Below, in pieces: positions 30,745 to 42,197 of a stretch of 64,000 nt of DNA. A model generated the notes under the pieces. The model worked only from the letters and a program-made list of their open reading frames with translations, did not search any database and was not told where the DNA came from. Where the stretch lies: contig CAWEQH010000010.1 in NCBI GenBank assembly GCA_963811165.1, positions 768,001-832,000 on the forward strand, given 5' to 3'. Positions within the stretch are counted from its first letter, which is position 1. Every line of letters starts with the position of its first letter. Source of the DNA: an uncultured Nitrospiraceae bacterium. Lineage in GTDB: Bacteria > Nitrospirota > Thermodesulfovibrionia > Thermodesulfovibrionales > UBA6898. Made by a program: the position numbers and the translations under genes.

Positions 30745-31353
30745 GTGAAACGACATAAGACCGTTGACAACGATTCCGGAAAAGAGAGGGACGAGGAACT
30801 CGTACCCAAAGAGAGGGACGAGGAACTCGTGACCGTGGAAGATAAAGAGGCAGAAAGAGAGGCCCCGGAAAAGGCGGCGGAACAGGCGCAGACTGCTGAT
30901 GCCGGGGCATTGCAGGAGCTCAACAACAAATACTTGAGATTGTACGCGGAATTTGATAATTATAAGAAAAGAGTAAACAAAGACAAGGAAGAACTTGCAC
31001 GGTACGGCAACGAGTCACTTCTGTATGCGCTATTGCCGGCGATCGACAATCTGGAACTGGCGCTCAAGCACGCTTCCTGTGACCCAAAGACCGGTGTGGT
31101 GCAAGGGGTCGAAATAACCCTGAAGGAACTGCAGAGGACTCTCGAGAAATTCGGCCTGAGGAGAATTGAGGCGGCGGGGAAAAAATTCGATCCCGCAGTG
31201 CATCATGCGATGATGCAGGTCGAACGTGAAGATATCGAAGAAAAGATGGTGGCAGAAGAACTGAGGGCCGGCTACCTCTATAACGAAAAGGTGCTGCGGC
31301 CCTCCCTGGTAGCGGTCTCTGCAAGGCCGAAAGAGTCGGAAGAGAATGAATAG
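30745..31353 (+). CDS. grpE: Nucleotide exchange factor GrpE
   Basis: LRLYAEFDNYKKR, FDPAVHHAM, GYLYNEKVLRPSLV. Confidence 0.97.
   Translation: MKRHKTVDNDSGKERDEELVPKERDEELVTVEDKEAEREAPEKAAEQAQTADAGALQELNNKYLRLYAEFDNYKKRVNKDKEELARYGNESLLYALLPAIDNLELALKHASCDPKTGVVQGVEITLKELQRTLEKFGLRRIEAAGKKFDPAVHHAMMQVEREDIEEKMVAEELRAGYLYNEKVLRPSLVAVSARPKESEENE
30781..30830 (+). repeat. 27-bp period tandem duplication in the grpE 5' region
   Basis: AAAGAGAGGGACGAGGAACTCGT at 30781 and 30808 (KERDEELV twice). Confidence 0.9.
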
Positions 31354-31422
31354 ACATAAAGTGACGGACTGGGCGGGAATTATTTTATCTAAGAATAAGA
31401 GAATATAGGGAGGAATGATAAG

Positions 31423-33336
31423 ATGGCAAAGGCAATCGGAATAGACCTCGGAACGACCAATTCCTGCGTTGCGGTGGTTCAGGGAGGCGAGCCGGTAGTA
31501 ATACCGAATCAGGAGGGGAGCAGGACCACCCCTTCAGTAGTGGCAATCACCGACAAGGGAGAAAGACTTGTCGGACAGATCGCAAAGAGGCAGGCGATCA
31601 CTAACCCGGAGAATACTATTTTTTCAATAAAGAGGCTCATGGGCCGCAAATACACCTCCAAAGAGGTCGACCACGCAAAACAGAGGCTTCCTTATAAGAT
31701 CGTCGAGGCCTCAAACGGCGACGCGCACGTAGAGATCGCGGGGAAAAGATACTCACCCCCTGAGATATCGGCGATGATCCTTCAGAAATTAAAACAGTCT
31801 GCCGAGGATTATCTTGGAGAGAAGGTGACCGAAGCGGTCATCACCGTGCCGGCATATTTCGACGACAGTCAGAGACAGGCAACGAAAGACGCCGGGAGGA
31901 TCGCGGGCCTGAACGTGCTGAGGATCATCAACGAGCCCACAGCCGCAGCGCTCGCCTACGGCATGGATAAAAAGAAAGAGGAAAAAGTGGCGGTGTACGA
32001 CCTCGGGGGCGGCACATTCGATATATCCATCCTCGAAATAGGCGAAGGCGTCATCGAAGTCAAATCCACAAACGGAGATACGTATCTTGGCGGCGACGAT
32101 TTCGACCTGAGGATCCTCGACTGGATGGTGGAGGAGTTCAAGAAGGACCAGGGGATAGACCTCAAGAAAGACAAGATGGCCCTTCAAAGACTCAAAGAGG
32201 CGGCCGAAAAAGCGAAGATCGAGCTCTCCACCGCGACCGAGACCGAGATCAATCTGCCGTTTGTCACGGCCGACGCCACAGGTCCGAAGCACTTGCTCAT
32301 GAAAATCTCGCGGGCAAAACTCGAACAACTAGTCGGAGACCTGATCGATAAGACGACCGGCCCGTGCAAGAACGCCCTTACCGATTCGAACATTTCCGCC
32401 CAGAACATCGATGAAGTCCTTCTCGTGGGAGGACAGACGAGGACTCCTAAGGTCCAGCAGGTGGTACAGAGTTTTTTTGGGAAAGAGCCGAACAAGACGG
32501 TCAACCCCGATGAGGTCGTGGCGGTAGGCGCCGCGATCCAGGCGGCAGTGCTCAAAGGCGATGTGAAGGAAGTGTTGCTCCTCGACGTCACCCCGCTTTC
32601 CCTTGGTATCGAGACCTTGGGCGGGATCTTCACAAAGATCATAGAAAGAAACACTACGATCCCGACGAAGAAGAGCCAGGTCTTTTCCACTGCAACTGAC
32701 AACCAGCCCGCGGTTACGATCAAGATCTTCCAGGGCGAAAGGGAGATGGCCTCGGACAACAAACTTCTCGGCAACTTCGAACTGATCGGCATCCCGCCTG
32801 CGCCGAGGGGCATTCCGCAGATCGAGGTGACCTTCGATATCGATGCAAACGGAATCCTGCATGTCTCGGCAAAAGACCTCGGCACAAACAAGGAACAGTC
32901 CATACGGATCACTGCCTCAAGCGGTCTCAACGAAAACGAGATCAAAAACATGGTCCGTGATGCCGAGTCGCACTCCGACGAGGACAAAAAGAGAAAGCAC
33001 CTCGCCGAGGCGAGAAACAATGCCGACACCCTCGTCTACACCGTCGAGAAATCACTGAAGGATTATGGAGACAAGATCAGCGCCGACGAGAAGAAGGAAA
33101 TAGAAGAGGCGCTTGAGCAGTGCAGGAAACTGAAAGACTCCAGCAGCGACCCCGACGAGATCAAGGCCGCGACGGACCGTCTAACAACGGCCTCCCATAA
33201 GCTTGCCGAGCATATCTACAAGTCTGCGGGCGCCCAACCCCACGGCGACGGCAGCGGCACTCAGCAGGCAAAGAAAGAAGGAGAAGAAGAAGTCGTCGAG
33301 GCCGAGTTTGAAGACGTAGACAAAGACAAGAAATAG
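31423..33336 (+). CDS. dnaK: Chaperone DnaK
   Basis: [36 protein letters not shown]. Confidence 0.99.
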   Translation: MAKAIGIDLGTTNSCVAVVQGGEPVVIPNQEGSRTTPSVVAITDKGERLVGQIAKRQAITNPENTIFSIKRLMGRKYTSKEVDHAKQRLPYKIVEASNGDAHVEIAGKRYSPPEISAMILQKLKQSAEDYLGEKVTEAVITVPAYFDDSQRQATKDAGRIAGLNVLRIINEPTAAALAYGMDKKKEEKVAVYDLGGGTFDISILEIGEGVIEVKSTNGDTYLGGDDFDLRILDWMVEEFKKDQGIDLKKDKMALQRLKEAAEKAKIELSTATETEINLPFVTADATGPKHLLMKISRAKLEQLVGDLIDKTTGPCKNALTDSNISAQNIDEVLLVGGQTRTPKVQQVVQSFFGKEPNKTVNPDEVVAVGAAIQAAVLKGDVKEVLLLDVTPLSLGIETLGGIFTKIIERNTTIPTKKSQVFSTATDNQPAVTIKIFQGEREMASDNKLLGNFELIGIPPAPRGIPQIEVTFDIDANGILHVSAKDLGTNKEQSIRITASSGLNENEIKNMVRDAESHSDEDKKRKHLAEARNNADTLVYTVEKSLKDYGDKISADEKKEIEEALEQCRKLKDSSSDPDEIKAATDRLTTASHKLAEHIYKSAGAQPHGDGSGTQQAKKEGEEEVVEAEFEDVDKDKK

Positions 33337-33351
33337 CAAAACGTTTATAAT

Positions 33352-33390
33352 AAAAGGGTTCGACGGCCCACGGGCAGTCGGACCCTTTTT
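33352..33390 (+). terminator. Intrinsic terminator after dnaK
   Basis: AAAAGGGTTCGAC..GTCGGACCCTTTTT stem with T tract. Confidence 0.8.
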
Positions 33391-33438
33391 ATATTCGTGA
33401 GATATACTATTCCGACCGAAAGAAAGTAAACTACTGAT

Positions 33439-34545
33439 ATGAAAGATTACTACGGGTTACTCGGCGTTTCAAAAGACGCATCCGAGGCCGAACTTAAGAA
33501 AGCGTTCCGGCAGCTTGCCATGAAATACCACCCCGACAGGAACCCGGGAGACAAGGCATCAGAGGAAAAATTCAAAGAGATCAATGAGGCGTATTCCTGC
33601 CTGAGCGACTCCACAAAGAGGGCAAACTATGACCGCTACGGGTCGGCCGAGGGCCCGGGCGGGACAGGCTACGGCCCCTTCGCCTCAGGCGCCGGGTTCG
33701 GGAATGTCTTTGAAGACATCTTCGGGGATTTCTTCGGCGCATTCGGCGGCCAGGGAAGACAGCGGCCGACGAAGGGAGATGATCTCAGATACGACCTGTC
33801 AATAACTCTTTCCGAGGCGGTTTTCGGCATTGAGAAGATCGTCGAGTTTGCCCGTCTGGAGGAGTGCGGGGAGTGCAAAGGGTCCGGGTCCGAGCCGGGG
33901 AAGCAACCTGTTGTCTGTCCTTCGTGCAAGGGCGCAGGGCAGGTCCGCTTTCAGCAGGGATTCTTCAGCGTCTCAAAGACGTGCGGCAAATGCTATGGGG
34001 CGGGTAAGATCATCTCACACCCGTGTAAAAACTGCAAGGGGCACGGAAAAGTCGAGAAGATGAAGAGTATCAGCGTGAAAATCCCTGCCGGCGTCGACAG
34101 CGCTTCGAGGCTGAAGGTGTACGGCGAAGGCGAACCGGGCTTATACGGCGGCCCCAAGGGCGACCTCTACATCGTACTGAACGTCCAGGAACATCAGTTT
34201 TTCAAAAGAGAAGGTACCGAGATCTTCTGTGAGGTGCCGGTCTCTTTTGCTCAGGCCGCGCTCGGGGCCGAGATCGAAGTCCCCACGCTCGACGGGACCT
34301 CAAAGATAAAGATCCCGGCCGGGACCCCCTCAGGCAGGCTCTTTTATCTGAAGGGGAAAGGAGCGCCGCGTGTGGGCGGTCATCAAAGGGGCAGCCAGGC
34401 AGTAAAAATATATATAGACGTTCCGAAGAAGCTCACCCCCAGACAAAAAGAACTGCTCGAAGAATTCTCCTCGATAAACGGCGATGAGGTCTCAAAGAGT
34501 TTCAAGGAAAAGTTAAAGGACCTTTTCTCCGGAGTCGAACACTGA
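33439..34545 (+). CDS. dnaJ: Chaperone DnaJ
   Basis: J domain HPD, G/F region, four CxxCxGxG repeats. Confidence 0.98.
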   Translation: MKDYYGLLGVSKDASEAELKKAFRQLAMKYHPDRNPGDKASEEKFKEINEAYSCLSDSTKRANYDRYGSAEGPGGTGYGPFASGAGFGNVFEDIFGDFFGAFGGQGRQRPTKGDDLRYDLSITLSEAVFGIEKIVEFARLEECGECKGSGSEPGKQPVVCPSCKGAGQVRFQQGFFSVSKTCGKCYGAGKIISHPCKNCKGHGKVEKMKSISVKIPAGVDSASRLKVYGEGEPGLYGGPKGDLYIVLNVQEHQFFKREGTEIFCEVPVSFAQAALGAEIEVPTLDGTSKIKIPAGTPSGRLFYLKGKGAPRVGGHQRGSQAVKIYIDVPKKLTPRQKELLEEFSSINGDEVSKSFKEKLKDLFSGVEH

Positions 34546-34551
34546 TCCTCC

Positions 34552-35298
34552 ATGCCCAGACTGTTTCTGCCTGACTCCGATCTCAATTCCCGTTTTGTTA
34601 CCCTCAGGGGCGCCAAGGCGCGATATCTGGCGACAGTGCTTCGCTGTCGCGCGGGCGACCCCCTCTCCATACACGACGATAAGGGAAACGCCTATTCCTC
34701 GGTAATAACAAGTGTGACCGGTAAGGAAGTGACCGCAGAGCTGATAGAAAAAACCGACTTTCAGACCGAATCGGGACTGAAGGTAACGCTTCTTCAAGGG
34801 CTCCTCAAGGGGGAGAAGATGGACCTCGTCATCCAGAAGGCAACTGAACTGGGGGTAAAGGAGATCGTTCCTGTCGTCACCGCAAGATGCCAGGTGAGAG
34901 AGACGAGGAAGACGGCCCGCTGGATGAAGATAGCCGAGGAGGCATCAAGACAGGCGGGAAGGAATTTGGTGCCCCTCGTCCGAGAGACTGTCGCGTTTGA
35001 CAGGCTTGGGTCCGTTTCTTTGCCGGAGGGCATCATATTTTGGGAGCAGGGAGGAGACGGCCTGAGTGACACGTTAAAGAGATTCAGTGGTCGCGGCAGC
35101 ATATCCCTCTTTACCGGTCCGGAGGGAGGGTTTTCAGAAGAGGAAATAAGATCTGCCGCGGAAAAGGGTTTCGTCAGGGCCACCCTGGGCAGGAGGATAC
35201 TGCGGGCGGAGACCGCCGCGATAACAGTGGTGGCGATCACTCAATTTGTATTGGGGGACATGGGCGTACAGGCGCCTCTAGATAATGGGTCCGCTTGA
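34552..35298 (+). CDS. rsmE: 16S rRNA m3U1498 methyltransferase RsmE
   Basis: QKATELGV, EASRQ, GPEGGFS, LGRRILRAETA. Confidence 0.95.
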   Translation: MPRLFLPDSDLNSRFVTLRGAKARYLATVLRCRAGDPLSIHDDKGNAYSSVITSVTGKEVTAELIEKTDFQTESGLKVTLLQGLLKGEKMDLVIQKATELGVKEIVPVVTARCQVRETRKTARWMKIAEEASRQAGRNLVPLVRETVAFDRLGSVSLPEGIIFWEQGGDGLSDTLKRFSGRGSISLFTGPEGGFSEEEIRSAAEKGFVRATLGRRILRAETAAITVVAITQFVLGDMGVQAPLDNGSA

Positions 35299-35352
35299 AA
35301 CGACCGGTTTGGCGCCGGTGGATAATCATGTATACTATTTAAGAAACGGATA

Positions 35353-36645
35353 ATGACACTCGAAATATTTTTCATCTTTATCTTCTTGCTCTTAAACGGG
35401 TTCTTCGCCGCATCGGAGATCGCCGTCGTCACCGCGAGAAAGTCTTTCGTCAAACAGCTTTTTGACAAAGGGAGCCGCCGGGCCGGAGTGCTCATGAAGC
35501 TCCAGGCTGAACCCGACAGGCTCCTCGCCACCGTCCAGATAGGCGTTACGGTCATGGGGTCTATCGCTTCGGCAATAGGCGGCGCCGCTTCGGTCAAGAT
35601 ACTCAAACCTCTGCTGGCGACCCTGCCGGTCCCCTTCATCGCATCAGTGGCCGAACCGCTATCCCTGGCGATCACCGTCATCGTGATCTCCTACTTTATG
35701 CTTATCATCGGGGAACTCGTGCCGAAATCGATCGCGCTGAGAAACCCCGAAAAAATCGGCCTTGTCGTCGCCCGTCCTATATCTTTTATCTCCAAGATCG
35801 CGTCCGTCTTCGTGACAGTCCTTACCAAAAGCACGAATCTCATCCTGAGCCCCTTCGGGACAAAGGCATATTCGGAGCGCTCCTTCATCAGCGAAGAGGA
35901 GATCAAACTTCTCATAGAAGAGGGAAAAGACAGGGGTATATTCGAGCCGACCGAACAGGAACTCATCCACAGCGTGTTCCGTTTTACCGACATATCCGTC
36001 AAGGGCGTGATAGTGCCTTCCACCCAGATGGTCGCATTCAATATAAACGATTCCCCCGAGACGATCATCAGAAGGATCGCGGAGGAGAACTTTTCGAGAT
36101 ACCCGGTATACGATAAGGACAGGTCCGACATTAAGGGCATTCTCTACAGCAAAGACGTATTCAACGCGCTCGCCTATAAGAGGGAATTCAAGATTGCGGA
36201 CCTGCTGCACTACGCACTCTTTGTTCCGGAAAGCATGAAGATCAGCACCCTGATGAGGGACATGCAGAAAAAGAGGCTGCATATGGGAATTGTCGTCGAC
36301 GAATACGGTGCGGTCGCGGGTCTCGTGACTATCGAGGACCTTCTCGAGGAGATCGTCGGGGAGATCAGGGACGAATATGACACCGAAAGTCCGGTGCAGA
36401 CGCTCAAAAACGGCGCCATGCTCATCGATGCCTCTCTGGCGATCCGGGACCTAAACGAAGACTACCATTTCGATATCCCGGAGTCGAACGAATACGATAC
36501 TCTAGGAGGGTATCTGCTCTCGAATTTTCAGCGGCTCCCTTCGGTGGGGGACAGTCTGAACACCGATTCACGCAAATTCACCATAGAGAGTATGAAGGGC
36601 CGCCGCATTCTCAAAGTGCGGGCCGAAGCCCGGCAGGAGTCGTGA
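35353..36645 (+). CDS. Hemolysin/CNNM-CBS-CorC family membrane protein
   Basis: NGFFAASEIA, GELVPKSIA, FSRYPV, VVDEYG, EDLLEEIVGEIRDE. Confidence 0.92.
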   Translation: MTLEIFFIFIFLLLNGFFAASEIAVVTARKSFVKQLFDKGSRRAGVLMKLQAEPDRLLATVQIGVTVMGSIASAIGGAASVKILKPLLATLPVPFIASVAEPLSLAITVIVISYFMLIIGELVPKSIALRNPEKIGLVVARPISFISKIASVFVTVLTKSTNLILSPFGTKAYSERSFISEEEIKLLIEEGKDRGIFEPTEQELIHSVFRFTDISVKGVIVPSTQMVAFNINDSPETIIRRIAEENFSRYPVYDKDRSDIKGILYSKDVFNALAYKREFKIADLLHYALFVPESMKISTLMRDMQKKRLHMGIVVDEYGAVAGLVTIEDLLEEIVGEIRDEYDTESPVQTLKNGAMLIDASLAIRDLNEDYHFDIPESNEYDTLGGYLLSNFQRLPSVGDSLNTDSRKFTIESMKGRRILKVRAEARQES

Positions 36646-36694
36646 TGTCCTGCTGCCTCGGGTTGCCCAGTTAGGGAAGGACCCCTCGCAGGGT

Positions 36695-37183
36695 TTACAG
36701 GGCGCAGCATTTTTTGAATTTCTTGCCGCTTCCGCATGGGCACGGGTCGTTACGCCCGGTTTTGGGGGCCGCACGAACAACCGGTTTAGGCGGCACGACT
36801 TCTCCGCTTATGAAGTACCATACCCCGTCTTCTTTTGTGAAAGTGGCCTCTTCATGGTGATTTTTCTTGATCCCCTTCTCCGTATACGATGCGACAAATT
36901 CGACCCGGCCTTCGCTGTCTTCAGGTCCGCCGCCTGCCGTTTTCAGGATCTCCAGGTTATGCCATTCGGCGCCTTCGGCCCAGGAACGGGTGCTTTTCTC
37001 ATCGAAGTCCGACCGGTGGCCGGGATGAAGGGACGAAAGGAGGTAGCCGATTTCCTTCCTGACGTACGCGCTATAACGGGAGCGCATGACTTGTTCAGCA
37101 GTCGTCGCAAGTCTCTCACCTTTGATGAGCGGCAGGCAGCATTCCTCGTAGGGCAGGTTTGATCCGCAGGGGCATGTATCCAT
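36695..37183 (-). CDS. YchJ family protein with SEC-C motifs
   Basis: [23 protein letters not shown]-terminal [18 protein letters not shown]. Confidence 0.92.
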   Translation of the reverse strand: MDTCPCGSNLPYEECCLPLIKGERLATTAEQVMRSRYSAYVRKEIGYLLSSLHPGHRSDFDEKSTRSWAEGAEWHNLEILKTAGGGPEDSEGRVEFVASYTEKGIKKNHHEEATFTKEDGVWYFISGEVVPPKPVVRAAPKTGRNDPCPCGSGKKFKKCCAL

Positions 37184-37248
37184 TATCGACTCCTTTACAT
37201 AACATTCGAGATTATATCAGAACAAATATGTTCGGTTGATTTCAAAAA

Positions 37249-38049
37249 CTACTTAAAGCTCGTATCGTCCGAAGGGAATATCCCTTTTTCAACCTCTTCC
37301 CTGTAGTCCCTGACCGCCTTCAGGGCCGACTCTTTGAGGTTCGCGTAACGCTTCACAAACTTGGGGACGAACCTTTCGAACATGCCGATAACATCGTGAA
37401 GCACCAGTATCTGACCATCGCAGAACGGTCCGGCGCCTATGCCTATCGTAGGGATCGATAACTCCTCCGTGATCTTTTTTGAAAGACCCATCGGGATCGC
37501 CTCAAGAAGAAGTGAAAATGCCCCCGCATCTTCGGCAATATGTGCCTCTTCGATCAGCCTTGCTGCGGCCTCTTCTGTTTTGCCCTGGACCTTGTATCCT
37601 CCCATCCTGTGTATCGACTGCGGAGTCAGCCCGATATGCGCCATCACAGGGATATCGGAGCGCGTCATCGCCCTGATCCGGTCCGCCACTTCGGCGCCCC
37701 CTTCAAGTTTTATTGCCGAGGCGCCTGCCTCCTTTAAAAATCTCCCCGCGTTTCTGACCGCGTCCTCTATACTCGCCTGATACGACATGAACGGCATATC
37801 CCCTATGACCAGCGCGGTTTTCACCGCCCGCGTCACCAGCCTCGTGTGATAGATCATCTCATCCATGGTGACCGGAAGGGTATTGTCAAGCCCCTGAACG
37901 ACCATACCGAGGGAGTCACCGACCAAAACACCGTCGACGCCCGCCTCATCCACTATCTGCGCAAAGGGATAGTCATATGCCGTGAGCATCGATATCTTCC
38001 TGCCTTCGGTCTTCTTCCTGAGAAAGTCCTGAATCGTTATCTTCGGCAT
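37249..38049 (-). CDS. panB: 3-methyl-2-oxobutanoate hydroxymethyltransferase
   Basis: [36 protein letters not shown]. Start ATG 38049 with AAGGAG SD. Confidence 0.97.
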   Translation of the reverse strand: MPKITIQDFLRKKTEGRKISMLTAYDYPFAQIVDEAGVDGVLVGDSLGMVVQGLDNTLPVTMDEMIYHTRLVTRAVKTALVIGDMPFMSYQASIEDAVRNAGRFLKEAGASAIKLEGGAEVADRIRAMTRSDIPVMAHIGLTPQSIHRMGGYKVQGKTEEAAARLIEEAHIAEDAGAFSLLLEAIPMGLSKKITEELSIPTIGIGAGPFCDGQILVLHDVIGMFERFVPKFVKRYANLKESALKAVRDYREEVEKGIFPSDDTSFK

Positions 38050-38144
38050 CGTCCGCTCCTTGAACGCCTCACTGTATTTCAATAATAATAGGGCTTCTCG
38101 ACGCATATTATCAAGATATCGGGCCCGTTGTGTTATACTTTTTC

Positions 38145-38771
38145 ATGGGCGAACGAACCTACTACCAGCCGCTGACCAGGGAAGACAGAATCACCGTGGT
38201 CCTGTACAGGACGGGCATTTTTCTTTCGACCGTGACGATCTGCCTGGCGGCAGTTCTGGCGGTTATCGGTTTGGGCCGGCCCGAAGTCCTTGAGTATCCG
38301 GTCATCTCATCGGGACTTGCGATGGACATTCTCCTTCTCATTTTATATTTTAGCGTCGGACTGAGCGTATTTTTTATCCATCTTTATGTCGGCAAATTCC
38401 ACAGGGTCCTTAAGAAGATATATTACCTCTCAGTGGCGTTTCTCGCAGTCCTTTTCTATACGGGCGGAGGGAATCCTGCGGTCTCATTATTTTCCGGTTC
38501 GGGGCATGAACTGCTCCTTCTGATCCCGATCTCCCTATGCCTCGGCTTTGTTACGGCCAAAGAGGCTTTCTGTTTTCAGCTCGTTGAAGGATATCTCCTT
38601 GCACTGTTGATGCCGGCTTATCTTTTCTTTTATGCGGTCGGCGCGTTGTCCCGCCAAACAGCAGTATACGGTCTTATTCTTATTGCCGCACTGTTTCTCC
38701 TTTTCATGATCAGGAAAATCTTTATGCCGCTTGACTTCGACATCGGGGACAAATCGGCATATCAGCCGTAG
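38145..38771 (+). CDS. Integral membrane protein, DUF2301-like
   Basis: Multiple TM segments. YRTG, IHLY, KEAFCF and C-terminal DIGDKS motifs. Confidence 0.75.
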   Translation: MGERTYYQPLTREDRITVVLYRTGIFLSTVTICLAAVLAVIGLGRPEVLEYPVISSGLAMDILLLILYFSVGLSVFFIHLYVGKFHRVLKKIYYLSVAFLAVLFYTGGGNPAVSLFSGSGHELLLLIPISLCLGFVTAKEAFCFQLVEGYLLALLMPAYLFFYAVGALSRQTAVYGLILIAALFLLFMIRKIFMPLDFDIGDKSAYQP

Positions 38772-38978
38772 TTACTCTGCAAGCACCAAGAAACGGGGAA
38801 ACTAACAACGATTGTTCGGAACCCCGAAAGAGTGATTGAATTGCTCCGCCAGATCAAGGGGTTCTCTGATATGCCTACTTTTTGGGCAGCACAAGTTGCC
38901 GATAAATAAGGAAAAGTAAACTGCGGGACGTCACCAGTAAAGTCAAGGCATTTTAAGCGGCTCCGACTTTTTCTTCAT

Positions 38979-39006
38979 AAAAAAAGGGCGGAATTTTCTT
39001 CCGCCC
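38979..39006 (-). terminator. Intrinsic terminator after folD
   Basis: Minus strand GGGCGGAA-GAAAA-TTCCGCCC-TTTTTTT. Confidence 0.8.
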
Positions 39007-39031
39007 CCCGGAATCTAACTTAATTACGGTC

Positions 39032-39940
39032 CTACTTGATCCCTGCGTGCAATTTCGCCGACTTGACGGTGTTCTTCATAAGCATAGTGATCGTCATAGG
39101 CCCTACCCCCCCCGGTACAGGCGTGATCGCTCCGGCAATCTCCTTTGCCGCATCGAAATCAACATCACCCTTGAGGATCGGCACCATCTTGCCGGTCTTC
39201 TCGCTTTTCTTCTCTCCAACGCGGTTCACCCCTACATCGATTACGCAGGCGCCCGGCTTGATCCACTCAGGTTTCACAAGGCCCGGCACACCTGCCGCAA
39301 CGATAAGGATATCTGCGCGTTTGCAGTGCGTCTCCATGTTCTTGGTCCCCGTGTGCACGACCGTGACCGTAGAGTTTGCGCCCTTGCCCTTTTGGAGCAT
39401 TATGTTTGCGATGGGCTTTCCGACAATGTTTGAGCGGCCGACAACGACAACCTCCGCTCCGGATGTCTCGAATCCGGAACGTACTATCAGCTCCTGGATA
39501 CCGGCAGGCGTGCAGGGAAGGAACTTCGCCTCGTCCCCGCCGATCATCAGACGGCCGACATTGACCGGGTGGAATCCATCGACGTCCTTGTCCGGATCGA
39601 TGGCGTTCAAGACCCTCTTTTCAGCGATATGCTTAGGAAGGGGAAGCTGGACAAGAATGCCGTGTACCTTCGGGTCCTTGTTGTACTTGTCAATGAGTTT
39701 GAGCAGGTCGGCCTCGGATATGTCCTCGGGCTGATCGTCCTGTATCGAAAAGAAACCGATCTCGTCCGCGGCCTTATGCTTCCCGGTAACATAGCTGACC
39801 GACGCCGGGTTTTTACCGACTAAAATGGTGACGAGCCCCGGGACCAACCCGTGTTTCTCCTTCATCACGGCGACTTCCTTCTTGAGTTCTTCCCTTATCT
39901 GCGCGGCGATCTCCGTACCGCTTATGATTTTTGCTGCCAT
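39032..39940 (-). CDS. folD: Methylenetetrahydrofolate dehydrogenase/cyclohydrolase
   Basis: GILVQLPLP, KDVDGFHP, PCTP, GRSNIVGKP, TPVPGGVGPMT. Confidence 0.97.
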   Translation of the reverse strand: MAAKIISGTEIAAQIREELKKEVAVMKEKHGLVPGLVTILVGKNPASVSYVTGKHKAADEIGFFSIQDDQPEDISEADLLKLIDKYNKDPKVHGILVQLPLPKHIAEKRVLNAIDPDKDVDGFHPVNVGRLMIGGDEAKFLPCTPAGIQELIVRSGFETSGAEVVVVGRSNIVGKPIANIMLQKGKGANSTVTVVHTGTKNMETHCKRADILIVAAGVPGLVKPEWIKPGACVIDVGVNRVGEKKSEKTGKMVPILKGDVDFDAAKEIAGAITPVPGGVGPMTITMLMKNTVKSAKLHAGIK

Positions 39941-40073
39941 CCTTTTCTCCTCCTTTATTTGATATCGGTGATCGAGTACACGTTATCGTGCCAGTCTTTA
40001 AAGAAAACGCTCAATGATCGTATTCAATATCGGCACTGTTTTTCCTGACACGGACACTAATCGCTGACACTTT

Positions 40074-40637
40074 TCAGTCTTTTCTTTTTATGAGTTCGAG
40101 TAATTCCTGCCTAGTTGATTCCTTGGACCTGAAGATGCCCCGCACCGCGGAGGTGACCGTCCTGGCCCCGGGCTTCTTCATCCCCCTCATCGAAAGGCAG
40201 AGATGCTCAGCGTCGATAATGACCATCGCGCCCTTGGGCTTCAGCTTCGTCATGATCATGTCGGCGAGCTGCGCGGTAAGCCGCTCCTGCACCTGGGGTC
40301 TTTTTGCAAATATTTCGACCGCCTTCGCAAGTTCGCCGATCCCTGCTATCTTGCCCGCACCGGGCACGTACGCCACATGGGCCTTCCCGATAAAGGGAAG
40401 CAGATGATGTTCACAGACTGAATAAAAGGGAATATCTTTGAGGAGTACCAATTCGTCATGGCTTTCCCCTTCTATATGCTGCAGTATTTCCTCTGTCGGG
40501 GTCTTAAGACCTGAAAATATCTCCTGGTACATCCTGGCAACGCGCTCGGGCGTGCCCTTCATTCCGGGCCTTTCGGGGTCTTCGCCGATGCCCTCGATAA
40601 TAAGCCTCACACCTTTTTCAATCTTTTTTAGATTCAT
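40074..40637 (-). CDS. folE: GTP cyclohydrolase I
   Basis: [31 protein letters not shown]. Confidence 0.96.
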   Translation of the reverse strand: MNLKKIEKGVRLIIEGIGEDPERPGMKGTPERVARMYQEIFSGLKTPTEEILQHIEGESHDELVLLKDIPFYSVCEHHLLPFIGKAHVAYVPGAGKIAGIGELAKAVEIFAKRPQVQERLTAQLADMIMTKLKPKGAMVIIDAEHLCLSMRGMKKPGARTVTSAVRGIFRSKESTRQELLELIKRKD

Positions 40638-41022
40638 CAGTTTAATTATAAGCGATTTTTATGAATTGATAAATAATTATTAACATTTTACCATCAGTTC
40701 AATAAAGATGGAAGAAAATAAATCACTAAACCGAAGCGTCTTACTATACCATTTCCCGCCGAAAATTCACATCCGTCGTAACAAAAAATTAGTTCGAATA
40801 ACTTCCCTGCAGTGATCCGTTTCAGCAGTTGCCTAACGGGGAAATCATCTCTCCGACGTCATCCTGTTTTAAGCAACCCATAAAAAGTCGGTGCGGAGGT
40901 TGTCCTTCACCCGCGGGATATAGTAAATTAGAACGTCTTCTTACCATTAATAAGACAATCCGTATGTCGGCCTTTACCTGTCACACCAGGCGGCAGGAAT
41001 ATATTAAAGGAGAGGGAACCCC

Positions 41023-41523
41023 ATGACAAAGGCAACGAAAAGAGTTACCAGGGCGGCGGCAAAACCGGCGGCAAATAAGGCCCTTTTAGTTAAGAAGCCG
41101 GCAGGGCCTTCGTTTACGGCCAAGACAGCAAAAGAGATTACGGCAACATTCGTTGATTCTGTCGGATTGACCGCAAAAGTGGCCTCTGCCCTTGCAGCTG
41201 AGAATGTAAACATTCTCGCCGGCACCGGATACTCGGCCAGCGGTTCGCGACGCAAAGCTATCTTTACCCTGATCGTGGACGATCTTGTAAAGGCGGAGAA
41301 GGCCCTTGATAAGATCGGGGCAGATGAAATACAGGATTCGTCGGTCATCGTCGTAGAGACGGCAAACAAGGTGGGTGCGCTTGAGAGGATATCCAGGATC
41401 ATTGCAAACGCCGGCATCATGATCTACTATTTCTACTCAACAACCAGTTCCGGAAAGACGGCGACATGTGTGTTTAAGACGGCCGACGACAAGAAATCAA
41501 TCAAGGCCTTGCATGCGTCATAA
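41023..41523 (+). CDS. Tandem ACT-domain protein
   Basis: Two ACT-like units (DSVGLTAKVASALAAENVNI; NKVGALERISRIIANAGIMI) after a K/A-rich leader. Confidence 0.75.
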   Translation: MTKATKRVTRAAAKPAANKALLVKKPAGPSFTAKTAKEITATFVDSVGLTAKVASALAAENVNILAGTGYSASGSRRKAIFTLIVDDLVKAEKALDKIGADEIQDSSVIVVETANKVGALERISRIIANAGIMIYYFYSTTSSGKTATCVFKTADDKKSIKALHAS

Positions 41524-41622
41524 AAAGGGTATTCCATGGAGACGCAGGAAAAAATATAGGGTCTTCAAAATCGCGGCCTGGTCCGCAGATTTCATTACCA
41601 TATAATTTTCAGGAGGTATTGA

Positions 41623-42180
41623 ATGCCGAAGGTTGTGGTACCCCTTGCAGAGGGGTTTGAAGAGATAGAGGCTATGGCGATCATCGATGTCCTCAGGAGG
41701 GCCGGGATAGAGGTAACGGTCGCAGGGCTGCATAGCGGTCCTATCGAGAGCGCGCGTCGCGTGAAAGTCGTACCCGATACCACGATAGAGCTGATAACCT
41801 CGGACGATTTCGATATGATTATCCTGCCGGGCGGCCAGCCGGGGGCCGATAACCTCAAAGCGAGCGGGAAGGTCGAGAATCTTATTCGGGATTTCCATAG
41901 CAAAGGAAAGCTTACCGGCGCGATATGTGCGGCGCCTTACGTGCTTGCGGCCGCCGGGATTCTCGAAGGCAAAAAGGCAACGTGCTATCCGTCATACAGC
42001 GGAAAGCTGGCGGGTGCAATCTATCAGGAAAAAACCGTTGTGGAAGACGGAAAGATCATGACCAGCCGGGGCCCCGGCACCGCGGTTTGTTTTGCCCTTG
42101 CGATTGTCGAGAAACTCGTCGGCAAGGAAAAGGCGGATGCGGTAAAAGAGGCGATGCTGATCAGAGACGACTGCCGCTAG
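41623..42180 (+). CDS. DJ-1/PfpI (YajL-like) protein
   Basis: GFEEIEA, DVLRRAG, LPGG, AICAAP, TSRGPGTA. Confidence 0.93.
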   Translation: MPKVVVPLAEGFEEIEAMAIIDVLRRAGIEVTVAGLHSGPIESARRVKVVPDTTIELITSDDFDMIILPGGQPGADNLKASGKVENLIRDFHSKGKLTGAICAAPYVLAAAGILEGKKATCYPSYSGKLAGAIYQEKTVVEDGKIMTSRGPGTAVCFALAIVEKLVGKEKADAVKEAMLIRDDCR

Positions 42181-42197
42181 ACACTATTCATGACCTT

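Noticed and set aside
31789..33029. Long antisense ORFs over dnaK (similar ones over nifJ, MCP, folD, speE)
   Set aside because: Shadow ORFs caused by codon bias on the coding strand.
34543..34554. dnaJ TGA in frame with rsmE (TGA TCC TCC ATG)
   Set aside because: Both proteins are full-length known families and only a 4-bp hairpin follows. An in-frame neighbour has a one-in-three chance.
38790..38910. Short open frame ETGKLTTIVRNPERVIELLRQIKG.., a possible gene remnant
   Set aside because: No start signal and no recognisable family.
40780..41020. Possible riboswitch or ncRNA upstream of the ACT protein and folE
   Set aside because: No recognisable aptamer consensus or terminator by eye. 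An Rfam scan would be needed.
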